From Octopus sinensis (Eukaryota): a stretch of DNA of 64,000 nt. The position numbers were made by a program, and so were the translations under genes. The notes below the pieces were generated by a model, which saw only the letters and a list, made by a program, of their open reading frames with translations, ran no database searches and was not told where the DNA came from. The stretch covers positions 128,464,001 through 128,528,000 of the forward strand of contig NC_042997.1 of the NCBI RefSeq assembly GCF_006345805.1, given 5' to 3'. This document shows, one piece after another, positions 1 through 12,044 of the stretch. Within the stretch, counting starts at the first letter, position 1; every line of letters begins with the position of its first letter.

Positions 1-2625
1 TATTACCGTGTGGTTGTCCTTCATTGACATTCAAATTCCAGTAAAGGTTATACTTGTATGCTGTAACCAGCAATATTTTCCCTTAAAATTTGGCAGCTCT
101 TTTCACTTTCATTTCCCACTGGTTATGAAATAAAAACAATGTTAATTTGTTAATTAGGAAGCAGAACTTAAAGCTATAAGAAAATATGAGGCTGTGAAGT
201 TCATACTTTCCCTAAAAACATTAACAATATAAAAGAAGCAATATCAAACAGGACTTGAAACTGGAATATATACCAATAAAAAATATTCAACATTAGAACT
301 GCCTTCTTTCCAGAAATATGATAAAATCCAACACAAAAATTCAGTTATGTCACCTAATAAGTGTCACCTAGAAGTTTAGTTTTGAGGCAGTTTGTTTTTC
401 CATATATTCTACCATCAAATGGGAATTTGAGTTCTTGTAATTAGTAGAAAGCTACAGCAATTAGCATTTACATTCGCCCTGTTTCATGGTTGCCTTTTTA
501 ACTGACATTTCATTGAAACATTTCTTATGATGCTATCAGCATGAATCTAATTGGCTGTGAATATTTTGCTTTTCTCTTCTTTTTTATTTGTCTGTTTGTT
601 TGTTTGTTGTTTTGGGAGTTTTCTTTGCTTTATTTTTCTATCCTTATTCACCACACCCTGTGTGTATATTATTTGAAGACCACCGGTTGATAAGCTCATA
701 TTTTGTTGACTAGGTTTCCTTTGAAGTAACTAATTTATATTTTTCCAATAAATTACAACTTTATCAAGAAACAAGGAGATAAAATAGAAAATTTCCCAAA
801 CAAAGGTTTAAAAACTGATAAAAATAAATATTTGCTTGAATGTTGACTTGCAAATTCTTAAAAGATTCCAACTTTGCATATAATTTTTTTTCAGCTAATT
901 TTTTTCAGTCATTTTAATTAAGCAACATACCATTATTGTTTTTTTTAACCTAGTCTTTTAGGCAATATAATCTCTATTATTAAACAGCTTTCTGTGCAAC
1001 AGAATTGTCAGTCGTATTGTTTCTAAAACATATAGAGCAAGGAATAAAAGACTCCAGATATTGATGTTTACAAGCAACAATACTTTGGTATAATCATACA
1101 AAGCTTTCTAATTGTTATTTCATTCAGTCTTTCCTCTTTTCATTGCATTTTCTTTAGTCATTTTATCTCACTCTGGATTACAGTGGACTGAAGCCAAAGA
1201 AAGCTTGAAATATTTATTTAGATAATCCCCTTTCTAAGTCTGTTATGAACTCTGTTACATTCTAACAAGTAAACCAACAAAGGAGCTATGTAGATGTTCA
1301 AACTACTAGAAGTAACAGCCAAATCTCTCATATTGTACCTTGATAATTTAGTTATAGATACACTAAAACTGAACTTTTTTGTTGTATCTCACCATCCCTT
1401 AACATGTTTACTCTTGAGGACAAAACTAGCGTACTCTCTACCTAGTGTATCACTGCTATAATACATTATATTATGTTTTCCAGAATTGCACCCTCTTAAA
1501 CTTATACCCTGTAACCTGTACTTCTATATCTTATGAAATTCTTCTCCGCAATGATCATTAGTCCTTTTCCATGTGTACCTGTCATACTACTATGTTAATT
1601 TCTGCATTAACTGTCCGAGTGTCATAGTCAGTAAACTGAGAGAGGCTTCACAAATTATGCAAAGCTCTTCCTATCCTCACTCCCCCTAACTAACCAAAAA
1701 TACAAGAATCTGCTAGAATAACAGAAATAAAAGAATAATATTTTGAGATTCATAACACTAGAATTTTGTAAATATTGCTTATTCTGTTCCACCAAATACT
1801 ACATTGTTAATAAAATTCATCTCATACATTCTTAATAGAATTTTCTTCCTGTTCATATTTTAACAAATTCAAATTTACTTAATGACACCTTGCTGCATAT
1901 AATTTGATGCTCTGTCCCCTTTGCAAATATCAAATGTTTGATATTTCTCATAGATGGCTATGCAAAACTCAATAAACTTCACCTAGAATTTTGACTATTT
2001 TTACATAAATAGAAAATTTCTTCATATTTGCATTGGTATATTGCTTATATTAACTTTAATCATTTCTATGAGAAAGATGAGAAAATACTGATAAATTCAA
2101 ACCTATGAGCTAGAGGTTTCATAATAAGTTTCTATGTGATGCAATTAACATAGTTTTCAACTAAAATTCTTTACATTCTAAGCTTTAGTATACACTGTAT
2201 ATAGATTACAGAATTATAAAACCCCCCAGAATTCCTACTGAGCTGATGTAATGGTGGATTTCATGTAGCACCAACTAAAAACTTTATTTCCTTTCTCCCT
2301 CTCCCCTGCTGTAGCTCTGATGGAAATTGTTGCTTGACTTGTTAGGAGCTATAATGATAAACATCAATAAAAATTATGATTTAATTATCTTTTTCTATCA
2401 TCTATTTCATAAATCTAACTTCATTTAACATGAGAGTATGTAAGGGGTTAAGGGTGTATAGGGAGACTTATTACTCAGAAAGGGGAACTAATGCTTGAAG
2501 ATATTTCATGCTTACATTTTTGTTTTATTTCTTTGCTTTTTGTTTTTTTCATTTTTTCCTGCTCTGTTTAGTGTCAAGTTTCATCTTTTGATGTTTAAAT
2601 TTTCAACCAAGAGAAATATCTGATT

Positions 2626-2635
2626 TATATATATA

Positions 2636-2672
<37 letters not shown>
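2626..2672. repeat. (AT)n microsatellite
   Basis: Nearly uninterrupted AT dinucleotide run. Confidence 0.95.
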
Positions 2673-2678
<6 letters not shown>

Positions 2679-4158
2679 GCAGGGTGGTAGGGAAAAATAA
2701 CTGAAAGCTAGAAAACTAGAAACAATTCTGAAATAAGCAAAGAGATGCAACAATTTGTGATATCTGAAAGATCACTTAAAATGTAAGCTTTTGATATGGA
2801 ATTTTCCTATTCATAATGTTAAAATGTAAATTGTACTATTTTTTAATCATCTGAGAATAACACTAAAATATTTGTTAAATTTGTATTTTAGAGAGTTTTA
2901 CAATTTCTCATTTTCAGTTCCAGTTTATTTCTCAGAATTCTTATTTCTTTTGATTCCACTAATTACTGTCTAACCATTTTACAAGATTAGCTACTAAATA
3001 TTCATCAAAAAAGCTAAATATTTCACATACTAGTAACTTTGATGTCTGAAATCAGTCAGAGTAGTTTTATATTGAAGACCAATTCTCTGATCCATTTTAT
3101 CCTCAACAGACCAGGCTCTCATCTATAATTTATGTTGCTATATACTTATTTAGCATTACTTTTTGAAAACAAGCCCAAAGTCAGGTGTACTAGTTAAGCA
3201 TTAGTTCTTGCTACAAGGTTAAAATCACAACAGTCTCATTGAAGTTCAGTCTAACATTACTAAACATTGCTGTCTGACTGTTTAAAGAGAATAAAACAAA
3301 TGAAGAAAAGAAAGAAAAGAAAACATTCCCAAAGTCTACGATCAAATAACAGACTAGTTTTTGTGAGTTTGTTTAATATATTGAATATTGTATGTAGTAT
3401 ATTTATATTACAACTTCTTTCTCTTCTGACTGACAATGAGAAGCTTACATCGGACTTCCTTGATTAAGAAAAATAGCTGTAAACTATTTGGAAATAGTTG
3501 TAGATAGTCATGTATTGCAACAGCAATATCTACTGACGGAACTAGTTATTTATTAGTACTACACTAACTAGCTAGAAAATAATATCTAGTCCTTTGAACT
3601 GGGGTAGATAGACAAGTAGATTGATAAATAAAGTAGGTGTGTAGTTAGATAGGTGGGTAGATAAATAAGGGTTTTACCTTTTACTAAATGTCTTATTAAA
3701 GTTAAAGGAGCTAGCAGACAACAGTATTTAAAGTTGCCAAATGAGAAATAAGAAAGATTCTTCTGAAATTTTTACTTGAATCATTACTGTCTACTTTTTG
3801 ATGTGTTCATTGACCAGATGAGAGTACATTGACGCAGTTTTCTATGAATGTATGCTGTTCTTGATGCCACCACACACCTTTTTCCATGCAAGGTAAAAAT
3901 CTCCATCTGTTGGACAATAGCCCAGACATAGTTATGTGGAGAACTAGAAACAAATAACACTGAATAAGTTTTTTCTTTTTGTTTATGCCTTCCACAAACA
4001 GAACACACAATGTATCAAGAACCTCAGAAGTGCTTTCACAGAGGACTGCAAACAAATGATACCATTATTGTTTATAATCAGTGAACACGTGAATGAGGAA
4101 AAATACAAACTGACATACACTGACACTCATCCATGTTATATGTATATGTGTATCTCCA

Positions 4159-4196
<38 letters not shown>

Positions 4197-4198
4197 CT

Positions 4199-4384
4199 TG
4201 TGCCACATAAAAAGCACTAAGGCCACTCTGCTGAGTTTGTTGGTGTTAGGAAGGGCAACCAGCTGTAAAAATCCTGCCAAAACAGTCACAGAAGTCTGGT
4301 GCAAGCTTTGGCCTGGTTGGCTTTTGTGGTACTGTCCCACCCATGCTAGCATGGAAAACAGACGATAAATGATGATGATGATGA

Positions 4385-4388
<4 letters not shown>
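4199..4388 (+). mobile_element. RTE-type 3' tail fragment (family A) ending in (GAT)n, followed by (AT)n
   Basis: gccacataaaaagcac...ttaggaagggcaaccagctgta...cccatgctagcatggaaaacagacgataaat(gat)n; same motifs as the 3' UTR of the RTE at 29200-29405. Confidence 0.85.
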
Positions 4389-4423
<35 letters not shown>

Positions 4424-4803
4424 TTACATGTTTCAGTCATTTGATACTAGCCATGGTGGAGCACTACCTTAAAGGGTTTTAGTCGAAGAAATTGACCCCA
4501 GGACTTATTCTTTGTAAGTCCAGTGCTTATTTTATCATTCTCTTTTGCCAAACTGCTAAGTTACGAGGATGTAAACACACCATCGGTTGTCAAGCAACGG
4601 TGGGGAGACAAAGACACACACATATGAATATATATACATATATTTATATGACAGGCTTCTTTCATTTTCCGTCTACCAAATCCACTCAAAGCTTTGGCCA
4701 GCCTGGGGCTATGGTAGAAGACACTTGCCCAAGTTGCCACATAGTGGAATTAAGCCTGGAACCTTGTGGTTGGGAAGCAAGCTTCTTACCACACAGCTAT
4801 GTC
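4424..4803 (-). mobile_element. tRNA-derived SINE, family B, near full length
   Basis: Reverse complement matches the 14601-15000 and 54581-55006 copies (head, central domain, internal microsatellite, gctccagcatggc..gactgaaac tail). Confidence 0.85.
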
Positions 4804-5714
4804 TACACCTATAATATATATATCAACAATATTAAAATGCTAACTTTTTGTTTTTGTACGTACCTGTTGTGTGCATCACACTTACTTCAAAGAAATGGCA
4901 AAGCGAGAGAGAAGAGGACAGAGAGGAAGTAAGAGAGAGAGAAAGGGAGAGTGAAAGAAAGTGTGAAAGAGAAAGAGAGAGAAAGTGAAAGAGACAGTGA
5001 GTGGTGACAGCATTCATTTTGTGTTTTTAAATGTTTCAGAGAGGAAGAAAGAGACAGTGAGTGGTGACTGCGTTTGTTTTGTGTTTTTAAATGTTTATCA
5101 CATTACAAGAGAAGTAGATACATAGATACATATATGGAGAGAAGAGGGCCACAAAGAAAGTGAAAGAGGAGAGAAAGTGAGAGAGACAGTAGATACATAA
5201 ATCCAAAGAAAAGTTCATACATAGATACATACACACAGCAAATATTGGACATCAATTTCACTTTTCATTACCACACGAGGATAAAATTAACTCACAAATG
5301 GCTGAGTACTCCACAGATATGCATAACATTAACATAGTTCTCAGGAAGATTCAACCTCACACAGAATATGTTGAGACTGGCCCCTTTGAATTACAGCTAC
5401 AACTCAATATATATATATATATATATATGAATGTATTTGTGTGTGTGTGTGTAGAGTTTAGGTTAGTTAAAACATGTTTGCAATAATAACTGTTGCGTGG
5501 TGGAAATAAATGCAATTACCAAACTTTTATTCATAAATCCATCTATTATTCATTCATTTGCATTTCAATTTGTACGTTAAGTTTCTTTGAATATGTATGA
5601 TGTATTTTACGGTTAAATAATAATTCCATTTACGTTTGTGTAACTGAGATATTTTGGTTGGATTATATAGTCATTGGTGTTACATTACTTTCTGTATTCT
5701 GTAACTGTCACAAT

Positions 5715-5848
5715 ATACTTTTCTAGGCCTGAATTTTTTGATTAGATCGACCCCTGTACACAAATGATACTTAATTTATCAACCCCAAAAGGACAAAAGG
5801 TAAAATCAATCTCAGCAGAATTTGAACTCAGAATGTAAAGACAGTCTG
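5715..5848 (-). mobile_element. SINE family C, partial
   Basis: Reverse complement of ttctgagttcaaatt...ttttgtccttttggggttgataaattaagta, as in 49435-49636. Confidence 0.65.
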
Positions 5849-6094
5849 TCATAATATACAAACAGTTCTCATGGCACCAGTACACTGTTTACAGATGCTT
5901 ACATTTTTTATGTTTTCTGTAAATTTATCACGGGTCCAGCTAGTATATATAATAACAATAATGCCAGGATAGAATTTATAAATAATCACTACATACATTT
6001 CCACAGATCAGATGATTTTGACATTAAACGGTAGCTAGAATAATGAAGTAGGAGCTATATTTGAATATCCATAACGTTACCTACACGAATTTGA

Positions 6095-6245
6095 AAGATA
6101 AGGATTGTTTCAATTTCCATCTACCACATCCACTCAGAAGACTTTGGTCAGCCTGTGTCTATAGCAGAAGATACTTGCTCAAGGTAGTGCAAGCAATGAG
6201 ACTGGATCCCACACCACATAGTAGGGAAGGGAACTACCTTACCAA
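6095..6245 (-). mobile_element. SINE family B, degraded 5' part
   Basis: atccactcagaagactttggtcagcc..ctatagcagaagatacttgctcaagg matches the B central domain. Confidence 0.65.
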
Positions 6246-6510
6246 TTCTGTTTATATTTCTTGAAACATCATCATCATCATTGTTTAACATCTACCTTCC
6301 ATGCTGGTATAGAAATAGTTGCTGATATAAAACTGAACTTAAGAAGCAGACTTGACAAGGAAAGGATGGGTTGCTTCATATAAAATACAAATTCTGAAGT
6401 ATTTTGGCAATGTTTATTTTTCACCACTGAAGGCTTACAAACATAAACTGGGCAGTGTAGACATTGGTAATTCACAATTTCTGAACTATATTCAATCACA
6501 CACGCACGCA

Positions 6511-6515
<5 letters not shown>

Positions 6516-6572
<57 letters not shown>
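6516..6572. repeat. (CA)n microsatellite
   Basis: Direct reading. Confidence 0.95.
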
Positions 6573-6573
<1 letters not shown>

Positions 6574-7074
6574 TTCATCATCTTTTTCTCCGATACCAGT
6601 CATCTTTCTTACTAACCAGAACAATTTCACTTGCTATCCACCCTTCATTTTTAAAACTGTCCATCTCCACCTACATTTTATGTTGTTCACCCTTCTGTGC
6701 CACCAAATTATCTCTCCTTCTCCACCACCACCACACATCTCTAATTCTTTCCATAAATTTTTGTAAACTTTACCTCCAACACTCCCTGTTCTTCTGTCTC
6801 TACTCCCTTCTACTCACTTGGTATCTTGAGCTTTAACCTTGACACTTCATCACCTATTTTATCTCTATTTCCAGCTCCACCCCAGTTATTCCCACTCTCT
6901 CTTGAATAATGTGAATAACCATGTAGCTCCTGTACAGCAAGTCCATTGGCAACTTCTTTCAAACTTTAATCTCTCATTTTCCAGCATAAAATTACTTTCT
7001 TCTCTATCCTAGCCCCACTCTGTTATGTTCCCATTACTTAGCAGTAGAAGGTAAAAATATCTTTATAAATCTTT

Positions 7075-7220
7075 TGACAGAAATAGCAACCAAATCTCCC
7101 TCAAATCACAAATTATGTCTTGAAACAAAGTTATGTTGAATAAGGTGATTGTGGATTTCCAGTACATGAGAAAAAAACAGGATGGTCATGGCTGGAAGGC
7201 CTTTAATCATAGGTCTGCAT
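7075..7220 (+). mobile_element. Old interspersed repeat, family D (SINE-like)
   Basis: agaaatagcaaccaaatctccctcaaatcac...ggatggtcatggctggaaggcctttaatcataggtctg recurs at ~1300, 15325, 42085, 46225, 53225 and 63415. Confidence 0.65.
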
Positions 7221-8548
7221 TTATTTTCTTTGTCTCTTCTCTCTTTCATCTTCTCTCACACTGTTTCTTTATTTTCACCACTCATTCATTCTCTCTTTGT
7301 TCTTCAGTTGTTTTCTCATTTTCTTTCTCTTTCACTCTTCCTTCTCTAGTTCTCTTACACTCTCTCTCTCTCCCTCCCCCATTCCCCATTCTTCCTTCTC
7401 TTCTCTGCCTCTGTCTCTTCCTTATTCCTCTCCTCTCCATTCTTTTATCACCATATTATCCTCTTCCTTCCACATAACAATGTTAAAAACAAGCCAACAA
7501 TGTTTGGCGTATGGTTGTTGTTGTTGTTGTTGTTGTTGTCATTCAGTGCATCATCATCATTTACCTGAATGAAACAAACAACAGTTGTCTTTCTCAGAAG
7601 CTGATGAAAAAGATATCAAAATATTGGATTTCCTCTATAAACTACTGAAAACCATACAATAGTGAAGTGTATGCATTTGTGTGTGTGTTTATGTGAAATT
7701 GTGTATGTGAGTGAATGAATGCATGTCTCTATATGGTTCTTGTGAATATATGTGTGTTTGAGTGTATATGTATTTGTATGTGTGAATGTGTCTCTGTCAG
7801 TGTGTGTTTATGTATGCATGCAGATGTGTGTGTGTGTGTGTGTGTGTGTGAATGTACCTGCGTATCTTTGTCCGCCTATCAGTATGTGAGCATATTGGTA
7901 GTGAGTGTCTGTGTCTATGTAAATGTATGTAGCATGTGAGTGTGTGTATAAATGTATTTATGTATACTGTTGGATGTGTGTTTGTGTGTGATGTTGGTGT
8001 CCTTTCAGATTTTGCTGGTGTTAATATAAAGAGATGTTCCACCTCCAGTTATATTTACTCATCACTAGTCATGTAATAGCACCCAAATACCTCCTGCCTT
8101 GAGAGTTTATGAAAGCTATATGTACAAACCTTTTTCTCTAGACCACACCATTCTACCAGAAAAAGAAAAAACATCTGGGACAGTGTTGCTGCTGTACACG
8201 ATTCAAAACACACTTGAAAGAGAGCAATCTGGTTGATGGGTAAAAACTCACTAACCAACACATATCTAACTAATGGATATGCTCAGTCCTCTCTCTCTCT
8301 CTCTCCCCCTCTCAGTCCTCTCTCTCTCTCTCCCTCCCCCTCTCAGTCCTCTCTCTCCCTCTCCTCTTTCTCTACTATGACAGTGGCTTGTATTCCTCTG
8401 TGCTACCTAATTACATACCAGCCTTATCCATGTGCACATGTCACACCTGTATCTCACCACTTAGTTTTGTTCTAACCACTTTACCCAATCCTTCCATCCA
8501 AGAAACTTAACCATCTGAAATTCCTTCCTTGTTCACTTTTTACCAGCA

Positions 8549-8607
8549 GATGTGGTAAATGTTTAGTTTAAACATTTTTAATGTTTAAATTAAACATTTA
8601 CCACATC
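8549..8607. repeat. 59-bp foldback hairpin (28-bp stem, 3-nt loop)
   Basis: gatgtggtaaatgttta-g-tttaaacatt-ttt-aatgtttaaa-t-taaacatttaccacatc; one G.T pair in the stem. Confidence 0.9.
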
Positions 8608-9112
8608 AATACCATTAGTGTGGTAGAAGCCAACCTGTAAAGGTCATAATCACAGTCCCCTCCAGCTGAGTGAAGCTATAAAAGCAAAAAGATACAAATG
8701 AACCATTTGAAGAATTCTTGCTGCAGAATTTGCAGAAAATAAAACCTAAAATATTGTTAATTAAATATAATATAGTTTAGTTTAGTTTGTATTAGTTTTG
8801 TAAAATGTTTCTAAATATATGTTGTTAATTAAATGTTAGTACACTTGCTCTAATTACTTTATAGAATTTATGGATTAACTCTGATTGAAGTAACATTTCA
8901 CACTGAAATTTTGTTGAGTTAACATAAAAATACCATGCTTTCTAGTATTTGTAATGTGTTACAATTCATCAGCATAGACATATATCTGCATATCTCAACT
9001 ACATAAACATATATTTGCATATCTCAAATACAGTGGCATATCTATCCATCTCCATTACACAGATATATTTTTCTATATATTTCTACTATACACAGAATAC
9101 ATATACATACTA

Positions 9113-9505
9113 TCATCATCATCACTATTTAACATCCATTTTCCATGCTAGCATGAGTTGAATGGCTTCACAGGAACTGGCATGTCAGAACACTGCACTA
9201 GCTCCAATGTCTGTTTTGGCATGGTTTTTACAGCTAGATACCCTTCCTGATCCCAACCACTTTACAGAGTGGACTTGGTGCTTTTGACATAGCACCAGCA
9301 CTTGCAAGGTTGGTTTTGGAATGATTTTATGGCTGGATGTCTTTCCTAATGCCAACCACTTTACTGAATCGGCTGGGTGCCTTTTATGTGACAGCAGCAC
9401 TGGTGAGGTCTGTTTTGGCATGATTTTTTTTTACATCTGGGTGCTCTTCCAAATGCCAACCAGTGTACAGTGTGTACTAGATGCCTTTTACTTAGCACTG
9501 GCAAG
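9113..9505 (-). mobile_element. Old RTE-type tail (family A) with a triplicated ~100-bp core
   Basis: (cat)n..tttaacatccattttccatgctagcatg, then three diverged units starting ~9208, ~9308 and ~9407. Confidence 0.75.
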
Positions 9506-10298
9506 CTCACCAAGTAACTCAGAAGACAAAAATCCTTTGAGAGATGGGTGGGCATACTGGAGGAGATGACTGTGAGCCAGATGATGAGAGATTAGAGTAA
9601 CAAATGTCTTGTGAAGGAGATACATGGTTACTACAATTGGGTGGAATGAGAGAGAGAGAGAGCAAAAGTAAGAGAGATAGTGGCAATGTGCCAGAGCATA
9701 CACTCAATGTATGGGATGAGGATACAAATTGGAAAGTGGAGCAAAAGGATGTGTGATAATACTATTCCACAGCCATACCAACAATCCAACATACCTCCAT
9801 CATTAGCCACCCCATGGATATCATCATGGTTTCGACACCTGTAAGTAATTAAGATTCATTTGAATTAAGTACTTAAGTTGAAGTACCAGGTAAGTCTGGT
9901 GTTATCTGTTCAGTTTGAAGTAAGGAGAATAAAATCAAAATAAGTTACAGGATGTCAAGTAGTAATGCAGTACAACTATTTCAAGTGTCTCCATTTAACT
10001 GAGCGATGTAATCATTACATCAATTTAAATACAGCACTATCTTCAGCTGCAAGAAATATGGATTTTCAACAGACAAGATATACTAATATAATTTTTCTTT
10101 AATATTTTAATGGAGCAGGAGGATGAAATAATTTCATGTTGTCACTATTGCAGCAAGAATGGCTAAGAGAGCAAACTACAATATTTAGAGTGGCATGGGA
10201 CACAGTGGGGGTTACAGGGTTATAATTCATTTACAACTTATCTATCTCCTTATCATGAACAAAAAAATCTAAGGCTAGAAGACTGCATTTATTTAGAA

Positions 10299-10681
10299 CT
10301 AGCAGTATCGCCCGGCGTTGCTCAGGTTTGTAAGGGAAATAACTATAAAGCACTTTTAGAGAGTTATAGCCAAAAAATAGCAAAAAAATGGGAAAAAAAT
10401 GATGGTAAATTTTTTGGGTAGTTAAAAAGGCCAAGTTGCGTCCCCTACACCATCTGCGGTTTGTGTTTCTGATTGTCGACCCCATGTCGAATTTATCGAT
10501 CTTTTTCAGAACTGGGGGAACTTTTCAAAATTTTCGCTGCGTTAGTTTTGAATTATGACATTGGGCTATGTGTGTGTCAAGTTTCATCAGAATTGGTTGA
10601 AAGCCGTGGTCAGAGTGAGGGTACAAGCAAACAGACACACAGAAACACGCACAGACAAACTGCCGTTTATATATAGAGAGA
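10299..10681 (-). mobile_element. Non-autonomous Helitron, complete (383 bp)
   Basis: On the minus strand it starts TC (10681-10680), ends CTAG (10302-10299) and lies between host A and T. Subterminal hairpin cctgagcaacgccggg is 8 nt before CTAG. A short (CAGA/CA) microsatellite lies near the 5' end. CpG-rich. Confidence 0.8.
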
Positions 10682-10698
10682 TAAAGAGCAAAGTGAGG

Positions 10699-10740
10699 TG
10701 ACCAGTAGCCAGCTATGAGCTCATAGCTGGCTACTGGTCA
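10699..10740. repeat. Perfect 42-bp palindrome with no spacer
   Basis: tgaccagtagccagctatgag|ctcatagctggctactggtca. Confidence 0.95.
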
Positions 10741-11283
10741 TAAATTTCATACTGCCTCATGTACCTCTCAACCCACAAAAAGAAACAAAACTTTAGAAAG
10801 AGTCAATTAGATAGTAGCAAATGTCTATAAAAGAGGTAAGGTAGGGGTGACATTAATTCAAGATGTTGTTACCAGTTAAAAGGGCATACACTATGAAACT
10901 TAGGATGCTACAATGAGACCCAGGAAAACATTAGGGGCTTAGTGGGAGAACGTTTATAAGCAAATATTATTATGTTGTATAAAAATAAAAGTTTTAAAAA
11001 GTTTAAAAAGTGTATTTAAATTGATGTAATGATTACATTGTTCAGTTAAATGGAGCCACTTGAAACAGCTGTACTGCATTACTACTTGACATTCTGTTAC
11101 TTATTTTGATTTTAATATATATATATATATATATTATGTGAAATAGAAAGATGAATAATCTTGTAGTAGATTAATCAAAAGTTTAACCGATACCTTAGTA
11201 GCAAAAATCACAGCAGTGAACAGCACGGTTGGAGGTACAACCATCTGGCGTTGCAACCGTGCGTTGGCGCGGATAATTGAAAT

Positions 11284-11937
11284 TAAAACATTATTGGTGA
11301 ATTGAAGAAATGGAGCTGAACGCAGATTGAACAGAAATCGTTTTATTTCATTCTACACGTGTTTCGAAAGGCACAAATTACCAAAATCCGATTGAATAAT
11401 GGGACCATATTGTGTCTTTCTCTTCAGGAAGTATAAAAAGGAAATCCGTTGGAAAAACAAAAACAGAACAGAGGCAGAGCAAAAAACAAATCGAACTGTG
11501 CTCCTAAGAGCCCATGGTGAAACTGTTTATCAGTGTATGTTGAGAACCGGTGGCTGAAGAATTCAACAGGTCAGGCATCGGTCAAACATGTGGGTGAGGG
11601 TGTATAGATGTTCTTTGTGACCGAGAATAAAGTTCTGACTATTTAAAGAATATTGGATGTTTTATAAGGGGCGAGAAAAAATCTACTTAGAGACGTGTGT
11701 GTGTGTATACTGTTCTATATATGTGTGTGTTGGCGTAGGGGTAGAAAACATTTTTGTGTACGTGTGTGCGTTTGATCGTTCGGCTGTCAGTGGCTACTGC
11801 CGTGATAACCGTTGGGTGGCAGAAAGAAAAAAATAAAGAAATTATATATATATATTTTATGTTTTATGTGTGTGTGTGTGTGTTCATCTAAGCCTACCTT
11901 GACAAGGAAACCCCCCGCTGTGAAAAAACAAGCCCCG
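11284..11937. repeat. Left arm of ~655-bp inverted repeat (sense 3' pseudo-LTR)
   Basis: Reverse complement of 13113-13767. Differences seen: one substitution (ggtga vs ggcga) and small indels in homopolymer/microsatellite runs. Confidence 0.95.
11341..11438 (-). ncRNA. Type I minimal hammerhead ribozyme, sense to the ORF
   Basis: UUC-CUGAAGA-[GAAAGACACAA/UUGUGCCUUUC stem II]-GAAA-palindromic ACACGUGU stem III-GUA-GAA. Stem I extends as UUUUAU/AUAAAA. Predicted cut between 11354 and 11353. Confidence 0.85.
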
Positions 11938-12044
11938 TTTGTCTTACAGGAGTAATTTCCCTTGCAGTGGTTAATTGTAGATATCTTAAAATCTATTTCA
12001 GAATTTGTTACCAAGGGCTATGGGTGCCGGTCTTATTTATAACG

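Noticed and set aside
4987-5097. ~60-bp tandem duplication (likewise 26-bp at 41460-41510, 14-bp at ~16860-16895, 17-bp at ~57122-57152)
   Set aside because: Ordinary local slippage duplications; no spacers, so not CRISPR-like.
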